Shown: positions 10,573 to 20,501 of the stretch, piece by piece
Layout: each line of letters begins with the position of its first letter
Numbering within the stretch: the first letter of the stretch is position 1
Source of the DNA: an uncultured delta proteobacterium
Lineage (GTDB): Bacteria > Myxococcota_A > Polyangia > Fen-1088
Reading direction: 5' to 3'
NCBI GenBank assembly: GCA_963767925.1
Contig: CAVYGB010000002.1
Coordinates: 1,056,001-1,120,000 of the forward strand
Length of the DNA stretch: 64,000 nucleotides
Translations under genes and position numbers: made by a program
The notes under the pieces: model-generated
What the model saw: only the letters and a program-made list of their open reading frames with translations
What the model was told of the DNA's origin: nothing
Database searches by the model: none

Positions 10573-10823
10573 CGGCGGAGGGTAAGCATCAAACCTGTCC
10601 GTGCACGCCCCTTCATCGACACGGCCCCCTAAATGGGGACTCCCATTGTGAAGAGGAGTGCCGGCCAGGAGCACCTCACAACACTTCCCCCGTGCAAGAT
10701 TTGCGAATACGACGCGCTCACAACCAGAACACAGCCGCGAATGCGCACACTCTGCCGGCAGCGTGAATCAGGCTGGTTTCATCGCCAACCGCGCGTCCTC
10801 CGAGCGCCGCGACCGTCGACGTG

Positions 10824-12365
10824 TCACGACTTGCCGGAGGCCCTGGTTGCGATCTCGCGGGGTGGCAGCTGGTAGAGGGGTTGATTCTTTCGCCACAGGT
10901 AGTCGACGTAGGGCTCGATCGACATTTCCTGTCCGGTCGCTCTCCGCATCAGCTCGCCCGCCGTGAACTTGGCGCCATGTCGGTAAACGTTGGTTCGCAA
11001 CCAGGTCTGCAGGGTGCCGAACTCGCCCGTCGCGAGGCGCGCCGGGATCTCGGGATGCGCAGCGACCGCGGCAGCATACAGCTGGGCGCTCATGATGTTG
11101 CCCAGCGTGTACCCCTGAAACACCCCACCGATTCGGCCGGTATACCAGTGCACGTCCTGAAGCACGCCGTGGGTGTCGTCGGGCACCGGGAGGCCGAGGT
11201 CGGCCTCGAAGCGCTCGCGCCAGACCTGCGCGAGGTCCTTGATGGCGACACGACCTTCGAGCAGATCGAGCTCGAGGTCGAAGCGCAGCATCACGTGCAA
11301 GTTGTAGGTCACCTCGTCGGCCTGGCCGCGAAGCAAGGAGGGCTGCACACGATTGATCGCCCGGTAAAAGGTCTCGAGATCAACGCCCGCCAGCTGTTCC
11401 GGGAGGGCCTGCCGCAATCTGGGATAGAAGTACTCCCAGAAGCCTCGGCTGCGACCCACGAGGTTCTCCCAGAGCCGAGCCTGACTCTCGTCCAGTCCTG
11501 CGGAGGGAGGTCCTTTGAGCGGCGACCCTTCGAGATCCTGGCTCCCGCCCTGCTCGTAAAGCCCGTGGCCCGCTTCGTGGAGGGCGATAAAGAGAGACTC
11601 GGTGAAGTTGTCATCACGCACGCGCGTGGTGACGCGGACATCGTCGAGCGCGATCCGGGTCGAGAAGGGGTGGGGCGTCAGGTCGAGGCGTCCGCGCTCG
11701 AAGTCGTAGCCGATCGCCCCGATCGCTTGCCGCGCGATCTCGAGCTGTCGGCCTGCCGGGACGACCTGCCGCAGGCAGGAGGCGTCCGCCGGGGGCCGGG
11801 CGGCGATGGCTCGCACAAGCGGGACGAGCTGGGCCCGCAACGCCTGGAACATCTGGCGTATGTCCGAGGCGGTCATGCCCTCGTCCTCGAGCGCGATGAG
11901 CGGGTCGGCGATGCATTCGTAACCTGGAAAGCACTCCGCGCGACGACGGCTCAGCTCCAGGACCTTCTCCAGTAGCGGACTGACCGAGGCGAAGTCGTTG
12001 GCCGGCCGGGCCCGGGTCCAGGCTTGATACGTCCTGGCAGCCTGTTCCTCGATCTCGGCGACGAGTGATACCGGGACACGAACCGAGCGATCGTACAGGC
12101 GCCGCGTGACACGAACCAGCGAGGCCTCGACAGAATCAGGAGAGAGCGAGGCTGTCTCCCGCGCCACCCGGTCGAGCAAGCGCCCCATCGAAACATCGGT
12201 GAGCTTCTCGTGGGCGAGGCGGGTCAAGGTCGCGAGCTGTCGTCCCCGCGCCGCGCCGCCCCCGGCCGGCATGTACGTCATCTGGTCCCAGCGTGCCAGC
12301 GACGCCGCGCCCTGGAGATCGTCGATCTCCAGGAGCCGCGCCCGAAGCTCGTCGAGATCCTTCAT
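10824..12365 (-). CDS. Carboxypeptidase, M32 (Taq) family
   Basis: [44 protein letters not shown]. Confidence 0.95.
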   Translation of the reverse strand: MKDLDELRARLLEIDDLQGAASLARWDQMTYMPAGGGAARGRQLATLTRLAHEKLTDVSMGRLLDRVARETASLSPDSVEASLVRVTRRLYDRSVRVPVSLVAEIEEQAARTYQAWTRARPANDFASVSPLLEKVLELSRRRAECFPGYECIADPLIALEDEGMTASDIRQMFQALRAQLVPLVRAIAARPPADASCLRQVVPAGRQLEIARQAIGAIGYDFERGRLDLTPHPFSTRIALDDVRVTTRVRDDNFTESLFIALHEAGHGLYEQGGSQDLEGSPLKGPPSAGLDESQARLWENLVGRSRGFWEYFYPRLRQALPEQLAGVDLETFYRAINRVQPSLLRGQADEVTYNLHVMLRFDLELDLLEGRVAIKDLAQVWRERFEADLGLPVPDDTHGVLQDVHWYTGRIGGVFQGYTLGNIMSAQLYAAAVAAHPEIPARLATGEFGTLQTWLRTNVYRHGAKFTAGELMRRATGQEMSIEPYVDYLWRKNQPLYQLPPREIATRASGKS

Positions 12366-12676
12366 GGTAGCCGGGTCGAACCTGAGCGCGGGATAGATGC
12401 CCGAACGGGTGAAGTGGCGTCCGTCAGGGCGCGCGAGGCGCGGAAAACTCGCCCCCCGAGGCCTGTTCGTCCAGCCATCTCCCTCAGACTCAGGGGCCGC
12501 ATGTCCGTCCAGACCTCTTCCATGTGCGCCAGGCAGTCGGTCTTCGAGCCAGTCTCGCCCAGGGTGCGCCAGCCTGACGGCACGTCACGATCGGCGAGCC
12601 AGATCGAAAACGGCTCCTCGTCGTTGATCACGACGCCGTACGTCCGCGCGTCCTCGCTGCCGTCCGTTGTCGACAT
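12362..12676 (-). CDS. MbtH-like protein with a C-terminal extension
   Basis: [42 protein letters not shown] matches the MbtH signature; RBS-like GAGGG upstream. Confidence 0.88.
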   Translation of the reverse strand: MSTTDGSEDARTYGVVINDEEPFSIWLADRDVPSGWRTLGETGSKTDCLAHMEEVWTDMRPLSLREMAGRTGLGGRVFRASRALTDATSPVRASIPRSGSTRLP

Positions 12677-12736
12677 GGCTCCCTCTTAGCTCATTTTGAC
12701 CGACCTCCGGACAGAAACTCGGGGGTTCCCCATTCG

Positions 12737-12843
12737 AGTTTGCCGGGAACGCGGGTCGCACCACGCGCCCGACCCGCCCACCGGCGCAGTCGAAGGGGGA
12801 GTAGTGCCCTTTTCAAGTTTGCGGGAACGCGGGTCGCACCACG
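12737..12843. repeat. Two copies of a 28-29-bp motif upstream of the MbtH-like gene
   Basis: AGTTTG(C)CGGGAACGCGGGTCGCACCACG at 12737-12765 and 12816-12843. Confidence 0.85.
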
Positions 12844-13219
12844 TGTGCGGCCGGGCACATCGCAGGGGAGACGTCGGGATCGCCACTGCTCCGCGTCCGT
12901 TCATTCGACTCCAGGCCCGCGCAACAGGACCGGTCCGGAACGGCAAAAGCGCCGGTCGCCGGAAGGCGCGGGGAGCGAACGATCCCGGGTGGGGGCGATG
13001 CATCCCGAGTGCGTTCTGCACAGCACGCACTGGCAGTCGGCGAGGAGCGCCGAGACGGGTGCGCTCGAGCCGGGATACGAACCCGCTCCGCCTCGACCAT
13101 GGTCGAGGGGAGGCGTGGGGCCGGGCGGCGAGGTTGAAGGCGAGGGCGGGGGCGGGGGCGAGGGCGAGGGCGAGAGTCGCCGGGATGCTGGGGGCGTGGC
13201 CGCTCGCCGGTGGGCGGCG

Positions 13220-16200
13220 TCAGGTTGGCAGGACGAGGCCGGTGTCGGCGTCGACCATGACCAGGTCGCCCGGGCGCAGGCGGTCGAGGGCGCCGGTCAC
13301 GCCGACGATCGCGGGGAGGTTGCGCTCGCGGGCCTGGGTGGCGACGTGGTCGAGGGGCCCGCCCGTCTCGGTGATCAGGGCGGCGACCCGCAGCAGCGGT
13401 AGCTCCGACGGCAGGAGGGTGGTGGCCACCAGGATGGCGTCCGGCGCCGGGGGCGGGCCGGCGGGATCGTGCCGGTGCACCCGGCCGAGGGCCCGGCCAC
13501 CGGTCCCCACACCCCGCAGGACCCCAGGCGTGAGCTGCCCGCCCGACTTGGACGGAAGCGGCGGCGGATCCCGCAGGGCCGCGGCGAAGGCAGCGCGACC
13601 CGCGGCAACCAGCGCGCGCAGCTCCTCCGCCCCCGCCGGCCAGCGTTCGGGTTGCTCCGCGCCGCCGGCCCCACCGCCCCTCCGCGGGTCATCAGCACCG
13701 ACGCCGCCGCCCGCTTCTTCGCCGGGTCCTCCCGCGACCGGCGACTCGCCCTGGCTCCTGCCTATCGATCCACCAGAAGCTTCGGGCACCACCGCGCCGC
13801 CCGGTCCAGCGTTCGCCGACGCGTCCAGACCCGACGACGCCACGGCCCCCTCCGCCCGCCCCGGATCGTGAGACGCGGCCGCAGAGGAAGATGGCGCCAC
13901 ATCCGAGGCGCCCGGACTGACCGCCGAAGCGTCGTCGCCAGCCGCGACCGCCGGCGAGGCTTCTGCAGACACGGAGGCGGCGGTCGCAGCGGCGCCGGGG
14001 GCGCGCACGAGGTTGGCCGCCGAGGTGGGATCGGGCGCCGCGGCGGCCGTGGCGGAGGGCGCGGCGGCGGCAGGGTAGGTCGCGGTGGCGGGGAGGCGGG
14101 AGGCGGCGAGGGGGCGGAGCTTGTCGAGGGGGATGAAGAAGACGTCGTCGGGGTGGTCGAGGTGGGCTGCGGCTGTGAGCTGGTGGCCCAGGGCCAGGAG
14201 GGCGCGGCGGACCGCGGTCTGCAAGCGGGCGTAGATCCAGTCGTCGTTCTCGGCGGCGGCGGCGGCGGCGCGGGCGGTGGCGAGGACGGTGTCCCACTCG
14301 GCGAGCAGGGGTGCGGGCAGGCGGGCGCGCACCTCGTTGGCGGCGGATTTCCAGGGGGGTGGGGCTCCGTGGGGGGCCGACGGCTCCTCGTTACCGGCGC
14401 GCGGGAGGCTGGCGGGCGCGGCGCCGCCCGCGCTGTGCGCGAGGCGGTCGGAGAGGGACTGGGGCTGGTCGCGGTGGGTGGGCGCGGAGACATCCCAGAC
14501 GCTGCTCTCGTCGCCGAACCGGTCGAGGTACGCCGCGAGAGCCTGCTGGCGGGCCTCGGCCGCGGAAGCCCGCGCCGATCGCCTCCGCCAGACCGCGCCG
14601 CTCGCTGGCGACAGATTCGACGTCGGAGAGAAGCAGAGCCACCGTCCGATCGATGACCGCCGCGCCACTGCTCGCCCCCAGCGCCGTACCTCCCGAACCC
14701 GGCGCCACCGCAGCCGAACCTGGCGCCGGCGCTCTGGCTGAAGCCGGCGCCACGGCCGGAGACACGGGCGCCGAACCTCCAGAGCCCGACGAAGGTCGTC
14801 CAGAGCCCAACGCCGCTCCTCCGGACACCTGCGCCGCTCCTCCAGGCCCGACGCCCTCCTCCAGACCCGACGCCGCTCCTCCAGACCCGACGCCGCTCCT
14901 CCAGAGCCCGACGCCGCTCCTCCAGAGCCCGACGCCGCTCCTCCAGAGCCCGACGCCGCTCCTCCAGAGCCCGACGCCGCTCCTCCAGAGCCCGACGCCG
15001 CTCCTCCAGAGCCCGACGCCGCTCCTCCAGAGTCCAGCGCGGCTCCTCCCGAGCCTGGCGCGGCGGCTGTGCCCTTGTCCGGGGCGGCACCGCTCGACTC
15101 GGTTCCCGCACCGGCGGATGCCATCGCCGCGCCGAAGGACCAGGGCTCCGGTCCGGCGGGCGGGGGTGCGGGGTTGCCGGAGGGGGGCGCGAGGGCGAGT
15201 GGGGTGGCGGAACGGGGGGTGGGGGGTTGGGGGGCGGCGGCGAGTGAGGAGGTTGAAGCGGCGGTGGGGGGCGCGGGGGCGGGGGGCGGGGCGTGGCGGT
15301 GGAGGAAGGCGCGGAGGGCGGTGCGGGCCTGGTGGAGGGCGGGGCGGAGGGTGCCGTACAGGCGTTCGTAATACGTCGTGAAGGTTCGGAGCGTGGGCTC
15401 GAGGGCGGGCGGGGTCGTGAGGTTGGCCAGGGCGGCTTCGACGTCACGCTCGAGCTGGGCGAGCTCGACGGGGATTTGGGTGGGGAGAATCGTGCGGGGG
15501 GCGGGGGGGCCGCCGTCGGACCAGAAGAGGTAGCCGCGGACCACACGCTGGCGCATGCCGGTCCGGCAGGTGGCGTCGACGAGGGCGACGAGGCCGGCCT
15601 GCGCGGGGCTGAGGGGCAGCGGATTGTGGGCGGCGTCCCAGCGCCAGGTGCCGTCGGTGGGCAGCTCGCGCTGGCCGGGCCAGGCGCGGGCCGCGGGGGG
15701 GGCCCGATATGGGCGCATCTGCAGGAAGGTCAAGCGGCCGCGGTCAGCGACCCACTCGACCTCGACGGGGCCGAAGCGGGCGGCCAGCGCGCGGAGGGCC
15801 GCGTGCAGGGCCGTGCGCACGTCTTCAGGCACCGGTCCGTCGCGGGCGTCGATCACCGGATCGCGCCAGGGCGCGCCGGGATCCCAGGCCGCGCCGCCGG
15901 CGTGGGCCCCCGACTTGTGGCGGTGAATCAGCACCGCGACCGGCGGCTCGGCGAGGCGCCGGCCGTGCGCCGAGGCGTACGCGGCCGCGGCCGGCTCCAG
16001 CGCCGAGCGGAGCACGTCGCGAAGCGCGGCCTCCACCCCCTCGGCCGGCACGGCCGTGTGCGACCGGTAGATGCCCGCCGCCACCGACCCCGCCGTATCC
16101 TCGGCGACGAACGACGAACGCACCGAAAACGTCGCGCCCCCCAGCGCCTGCAACCGCCAGGCGAGGTCCTCCGAGAACCCCTCCGGCAACGCCCCCTCCT

Positions 16201-17188
16201 CCACCGCCGCCCGCGCCGCCCGCACCTCCGGCGCCTCCTCCGCCCCCGAGGCCCGTCCTGCCGCACGCAGGTCCAGAGCGCCCGGCGTCTCCACCCCCTC
16301 GCGCGCCGCCGCCCCCGCCTCCGGACCTTCCATGCCCGCGCGCGACGCCGCCCCCCCCGCTACCGCCACTCGTGCACCGACTGCCACCGCCCGGGCCACA
16401 ACGGACTCCCGCGCGGTAACGGGCGTCCGCCCTGCGACCATCTCCGCCGTCTCTGCCCCCTCCGGCGCCACCACCGCCGAGCCTGGCTCCTCTCCCGACC
16501 CTCGCGCCGCGCCCCCCGCATCGCGCGACTCCGGCGTCTCCAGCCCCCCTCGGGGCCCCTCCTCCCCCACGTCCGTCTCGCGAGCCTCCGCTGCGCGACC
16601 ACCCTCCGTTTCGTGGGCTTCCGCTGCGCGACCCCCTTTCGCGGTCTCGCGACCCTCGTCCGCGCCGCCCTCAGCCGCTCGACCACCCTCCGCCGCCCGA
16701 CCCTCCGCCTCGCCGCCCTCAGCCGCTCGACCACCCTCCCCCGCCTCACGACCCTTCTCCGCGCGACCCTCCGCCGCCTCGCGACGCTCCGTGGTCCGGG
16801 GCGACTTTCCTGTCCCCACCGGCGTCGGGGTCTCGGCCGCGTCCAGCGCGTGGGCACCCGCCCTGGTCTGCCGTCCGGCTGCTGCGGGTGGGGCTGTGTG
16901 GCGGGACTCCGCGGTGTCCCGCGCCATCACGGTCGTGATGGGTTCGTCCTCGTCGAGGTCCTGGCCTGCCTCCGGCTTCCCTGGCTGGCGGCTCTCCAGC
17001 ACCGCCTCGAGCGCCCCGGTGCCGGCCTGGGCGCGGACCAGGTGGGCGAAGAGGGCGTGGGTGACGACGAAACCTGCGGGGGTGGGCAGGCCGGCCTGGC
17101 GAAGGCGGGCGAGGGAACGGGCCTTGCCGCCGACGCGCGGGTCGTCGGTCAGCTCGAGGAAGAGATCGTCTGGCGGGGCAGCCGGCAT
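13220..17188 (-). CDS. PEP-utilising/PPDK-like phosphotransferase (ATP-grasp plus His-swivel domain) with large low-complexity insertions and local frameshifts
   Basis: VGGKARSLARL..PAGFVV, FSVRSS..ED..AAGIY, EVEW..LQMRP, and C-terminal ITETGGPLDHVATQARERNLPAIVG..GDLVMVD. Confidence 0.8.
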   Translation of the reverse strand: MPAAPPDDLFLELTDDPRVGGKARSLARLRQAGLPTPAGFVVTHALFAHLVRAQAGTGALEAVLESRQPGKPEAGQDLDEDEPITTVMARDTAESRHTAPPAAAGRQTRAGAHALDAAETPTPVGTGKSPRTTERREAAEGRAEKGREAGEGGRAAEGGEAEGRAAEGGRAAEGGADEGRETAKGGRAAEAHETEGGRAAEARETDVGEEGPRGGLETPESRDAGGAARGSGEEPGSAVVAPEGAETAEMVAGRTPVTARESVVARAVAVGARVAVAGGAASRAGMEGPEAGAAAREGVETPGALDLRAAGRASGAEEAPEVRAARAAVEEGALPEGFSEDLAWRLQALGGATFSVRSSFVAEDTAGSVAAGIYRSHTAVPAEGVEAALRDVLRSALEPAAAAYASAHGRRLAEPPVAVLIHRHKSGAHAGGAAWDPGAPWRDPVIDARDGPVPEDVRTALHAALRALAARFGPVEVEWVADRGRLTFLQMRPYRAPPAARAWPGQRELPTDGTWRWDAAHNPLPLSPAQAGLVALVDATCRTGMRQRVVRGYLFWSDGGPPAPRTILPTQIPVELAQLERDVEAALANLTTPPALEPTLRTFTTYYERLYGTLRPALHQARTALRAFLHRHAPPPAPAPPTAASTSSLAAAPQPPTPRSATPLALAPPSGNPAPPPAGPEPWSFGAAMASAGAGTESSGAAPDKGTAAAPGSGGAALDSGGAASGSGGAASGSGGAASGSGGAASGSGGAASGSGGAASGSGGAASGLEERRRVWRRASGLEERRRCPEERRWALDDLRRALEVRRPCLRPWRRLQPERRRQVRLRWRRVREVRRWGRAVARRSSIGRWLCFSPTSNLSPASGAVWRRRSARASAAEARQQALAAYLDRFGDESSVWDVSAPTHRDQPQSLSDRLAHSAGGAAPASLPRAGNEEPSAPHGAPPPWKSAANEVRARLPAPLLAEWDTVLATARAAAAAAENDDWIYARLQTAVRRALLALGHQLTAAAHLDHPDDVFFIPLDKLRPLAASRLPATATYPAAAAPSATAAAAPDPTSAANLVRAPGAAATAASVSAEASPAVAAGDDASAVSPGASDVAPSSSAAASHDPGRAEGAVASSGLDASANAGPGGAVVPEASGGSIGRSQGESPVAGGPGEEAGGGVGADDPRRGGGAGGAEQPERWPAGAEELRALVAAGRAAFAAALRDPPPLPSKSGGQLTPGVLRGVGTGGRALGRVHRHDPAGPPPAPDAILVATTLLPSELPLLRVAALITETGGPLDHVATQARERNLPAIVGVTGALDRLRPGDLVMVDADTGLVLPT
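14806..15048. repeat. 21-bp coding tandem repeat (GGAASGS)
   Basis: CCAGAGCCCGACGCCGCTCCT, six perfect copies from 14901 plus degenerate 19-21-bp copies. Confidence 0.92.
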
Positions 17189-17280
17189 GGACGGGGGCCA
17201 GCTCCATCTTACGGCCCTGACCCGGTTCTGCGCGAACCTGCGGCCTGCCGCCGTCGAGGCAGCATGAAAATTTACGTATA

Positions 17281-17862
17281 GTGAGGCCGATGCGGGGACC
17301 TCTGCTTTCGGGGCCGGTCGGCGGCGCGGTGACTCTGGGGCGGTTGACGGCGATGCTGCGTGACCAGGGGCCGACGGTGGTGGTGCGATCGGCCTGGCTG
17401 GGTCTCACCCTGTGCGCGGAGCTCTCGGTGCTGGCGGTGCTCCCGGCGACCGCCCGCTCGGCGGCCCGCCGCCGGCGCCGCAAGAGCCAGGGGCTGCCGC
17501 CCTCCCTGTTCGTGCTGGGGGGCGCGGCTGCGCCGCTGCAGCCGGGGACGGCCGGGTCGATCGTCGTGGCCGACCTCGCCGAGATCGACCCGCCCGCGCT
17601 CGTGTCCTTCCTGATCGACCTGGCGGCGCTGGTGCGCCCGGGCGGGATTGTCGTCGGCGTCGACCGCACCAAAGACGCCGCCACCGAGGCCCGCCTCGCC
17701 GGGGCGCTGCTGACCGCGGGCTTCCTCGGCATCGGACAGGAGCGCCCGCGCGAGGGGGCCCTGCTGACCCGGGCCAGCCCGCCGTCGCCCACGGTGCGCG
17801 CGATCCTGGCCAGCGCGGTCGCCGCCAGCGCGGTCGCCCTCTCCCCACCACCGCCCGCCTGA
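17281..17862 (+). CDS. Hypothetical protein
   Basis: Plausible codon bias; weak resemblance to a methyltransferase fold (LVRPGGIVV). Confidence 0.55.
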   Translation: MRPMRGPLLSGPVGGAVTLGRLTAMLRDQGPTVVVRSAWLGLTLCAELSVLAVLPATARSAARRRRRKSQGLPPSLFVLGGAAAPLQPGTAGSIVVADLAEIDPPALVSFLIDLAALVRPGGIVVGVDRTKDAATEARLAGALLTAGFLGIGQERPREGALLTRASPPSPTVRAILASAVAASAVALSPPPPA

Positions 17863-18019
17863 CCCGAGCCACCCCGGCCCGCGCCCCTGCGCCGGCGCGG
17901 TCGCCCTCCGTCCTGCACCGGCGCCTGCCCGGCCGAGGCCACTGGCCGGGGCCGGCGGATTGGCCCAGGATGGCGCTCGATGAACGCCTTGCGCCCGAGG
18001 GGCGTCTAACATTCCATCC

Positions 18020-19402
18020 ATGAGGTCCTGGCGGGCGCTGTATGCGCTGGGCGTGTCGCTCGCGCTGCACGTGAGCGCCACCGGCGTGGTGCTGATGACC
18101 TCGGTCTGGCAGGGGTGGCGCCTGGCCCGGAACGTCGACATCGAGCTGGTGACCAGCAAGGTGCCCGAGGTCAAGGAGCTGCCCCTCGGTCCGCCTCCGC
18201 CGCCGAAGGCCAGCGGGCCCGCCCGCCGGCGCGCCCGCCCCAGACCGCGCCCCGCCGGCGACGGCGTGCACCTCGCCGTCCAGGACGCGGGCGCCGACGC
18301 CGCACCCGATGGCGGCGCCCCCTCGGACGGCGGCGCCCCCGATGCGGGCCCGCCCTCCCCGGGACGGCCCGACGCCAGCGGGCCCCGCCCGCGCGACCTG
18401 CGCGACTACGGGCCCGAGGGCTCGCGCCTGACCGCCCTGCTGCGGCTCGATCGCCTGCGCGCCAGCCCCCAGGCCGCCGCCACCATCGCCGTCGTCGATC
18501 AACTCCTGCGCCGGCTGCCCGACCGCCGCCGCCTGATCGACGGCACCGGGCTGGACCTCTACCGCGACTTCGAGGCGCTGCTGATCGCCACCCCCAATCC
18601 GCTCGACGACGCCGTCACCTTCCTGGCGGCGCGCCACCGGCTCTCCGACGCCGACCTCATGGCGGCGCTGGCCAAGGGGGCGGAGGCGGCCGGCCGGCCC
18701 CTGGTCTGGAGCACCGAGGGCGGCCGCCCGGTCGGCGTCCGGAGCCCGCGCCGGGCCCAGGGCACCGACGCCGGCGTGCGGGTGGAGCGCGACGATCGCC
18801 TCCTGATCTTGCCCCAGCCGGGGCTGGCCATCATCGCCCCGCCCGCCTACGCCGCCCTGCTGCTGCCCGACCGCGCCGCCCGCCCGCCCGGCGCCGGCCC
18901 GGTCGACGCAGGCGCCGTCGCGGGCGCGCCGCCGGCCCTCACCGCGGAGGAGCGCTGGCGCAGCCTGGTGGCCCGCATCGACGCCGAGGACAGCGCCTTG
19001 CCCGACGGGGCCGTGCTCATGATGACCGCCAGCAACCTCCTCGGCAGCGGCGGACGCCGCCGCCCCGGCCGCGCCGCCGCCCCCGAGATCGCGGCGCCCG
19101 GCGGGCTGACGCTGCCGCCCTTCGCGACGGTCGTGGTGGGCACCGCGCCCCGCCCCTTCCTCGAAGCGACCGGCGAGTTCGCGCGCACCTCCGACGCCAT
19201 CGCCTGGGCCGAACGCTGGCCCGGCCTCAAGCAGACCCTGCTCGGCAGCCCGCTGCTGCTGCTGTCGGGCTTCAGCGCCATCGTCGCGCGCACCGAGGCC
19301 ACCCGCGAGGACGCCGCCTTCATGCTGCGCACGACCGCCAGCCAGGAGGAGATGAGACGCGTCCTGGCGACCATCGCCAACCTGATGGGCAGCGGGCGTT
19401 AG
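18020..19402 (+). CDS. Hypothetical membrane-anchored protein
   Basis: N-terminal SLALH TM segment, Pro-rich linker, long ORF with GC3 bias. Confidence 0.75.
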   Translation: MRSWRALYALGVSLALHVSATGVVLMTSVWQGWRLARNVDIELVTSKVPEVKELPLGPPPPPKASGPARRRARPRPRPAGDGVHLAVQDAGADAAPDGGAPSDGGAPDAGPPSPGRPDASGPRPRDLRDYGPEGSRLTALLRLDRLRASPQAAATIAVVDQLLRRLPDRRRLIDGTGLDLYRDFEALLIATPNPLDDAVTFLAARHRLSDADLMAALAKGAEAAGRPLVWSTEGGRPVGVRSPRRAQGTDAGVRVERDDRLLILPQPGLAIIAPPAYAALLLPDRAARPPGAGPVDAGAVAGAPPALTAEERWRSLVARIDAEDSALPDGAVLMMTASNLLGSGGRRRPGRAAAPEIAAPGGLTLPPFATVVVGTAPRPFLEATGEFARTSDAIAWAERWPGLKQTLLGSPLLLLSGFSAIVARTEATREDAAFMLRTTASQEEMRRVLATIANLMGSGR

Positions 19403-19500
19403 CGGCACGCGCGACCGACACTCTCCAGGCCAGTGTGGATCCGGCGCTCCCGAGGACGGGCCCGGCCCGGGTATTTCTCGCGGGCTAGGGGACTCACCCG
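19387..19500 (+). repeat. 114-bp dispersed repeat, copy 2
   Basis: 112/114 identical to 6547-6660; overlaps the stop codon of 18020-19402. Confidence 0.92.
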
Positions 19501-19560
19501 GTTGCGGTGTTCGCCGGACACACCAGATTGGTCCCAGTCAACGACATCGGAGGAAACGCC

Positions 19561-20346
19561 ATGTTCAGGAAGCAGAGTTGGGTGGTCGCGATCGCCGGCC
19601 TGGCCGCGGGCGGGTCCAGTGCCTGGGCCGCAGACGACAGCGCCAAGGACGACAGGTTGGAAGACAAGGTCGAGACGCGCCTCAAGGCCGACACCAAGCT
19701 GAAAGACGTCGATATCGACGTCGACAGCGGGGTCGTCACCATGACGGGTGAGGTCGCCAGCCGCACGGAGCGGGCCCGGGCCGAACGCCTGGCCAAGGCC
19801 GAGGGCGCCCGGCGCATCGTGAACAAGCTCGAGATCGACAACGACAAGGCCGCCGCCGCCATCGACGAGCGCGCCAAGGAGCGCAAGGACGCCGTCGACG
19901 CCCGCGCCGACCGCCAGAAGGAGGCGATCGACAAGGAGGCGACCGTCGCCAAGGAGAAGCTGGAGCGCGGCACCGTGACCAGCACGGTGACCACCAGCGG
20001 CCGGACCGACGCCGAACGTCGGACCGACGCCGAACGCCGGGCCGACGCCGCCGAGCGCCGCGCCGAGGCCGCCGAGGACCGGGCTCGGCCCAACGAGGCG
20101 GAGAAGGTGGCGCGCAACGCGGGGGATGCCTGGATCACCACCAAGGTGAAGACCAAGATCCTCGCCGACGACATCCTCGACAAGTCGGACCTGAACGTCG
20201 ACACCGACAACAAGGGCATCGTCACCCTGACCGGCACCGTCCCCTCGGAGACGGCCCGCAACCGGGCGGTCGAGATCACCCGGACCACCGAAGGGGTGCG
20301 CCAGGTCGTCGACAAGATCGTGGTCGGGGCCCCGGTGGTCAAGTAG
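19561..20346 (+). CDS. Periplasmic BON-domain (OsmY-like) protein with two BON domains
   Basis: Signal peptide, IDVDSGVVTMTGEV, DAWITTKVKTKI..GIVTLTGTV..EGVRQV; RBS GGAGG. Confidence 0.9.
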   Translation: MFRKQSWVVAIAGLAAGGSSAWAADDSAKDDRLEDKVETRLKADTKLKDVDIDVDSGVVTMTGEVASRTERARAERLAKAEGARRIVNKLEIDNDKAAAAIDERAKERKDAVDARADRQKEAIDKEATVAKEKLERGTVTSTVTTSGRTDAERRTDAERRADAAERRAEAAEDRARPNEAEKVARNAGDAWITTKVKTKILADDILDKSDLNVDTDNKGIVTLTGTVPSETARNRAVEITRTTEGVRQVVDKIVVGAPVVK

Positions 20347-20501
20347 CCAGCCGGCAGGCGAAACCCGTACCGAAACCCTTCAGCGAAACTTCATAGCCTT
20401 TGCGCCGCCCGCGTCATAGTTCGGAAGAGCACGCGGGCGGCGCTCTTCTTCTTTTCGGGGACACATCTTCTTGCTCGGGGAGCGGCGAAGGGAGCCTGGT
20501 G

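Noticed and set aside
12737..12843. Mini CRISPR array
   Set aside because: Only two repeats, a 50-bp spacer, no clear repeat palindrome and no cas genes in the window.
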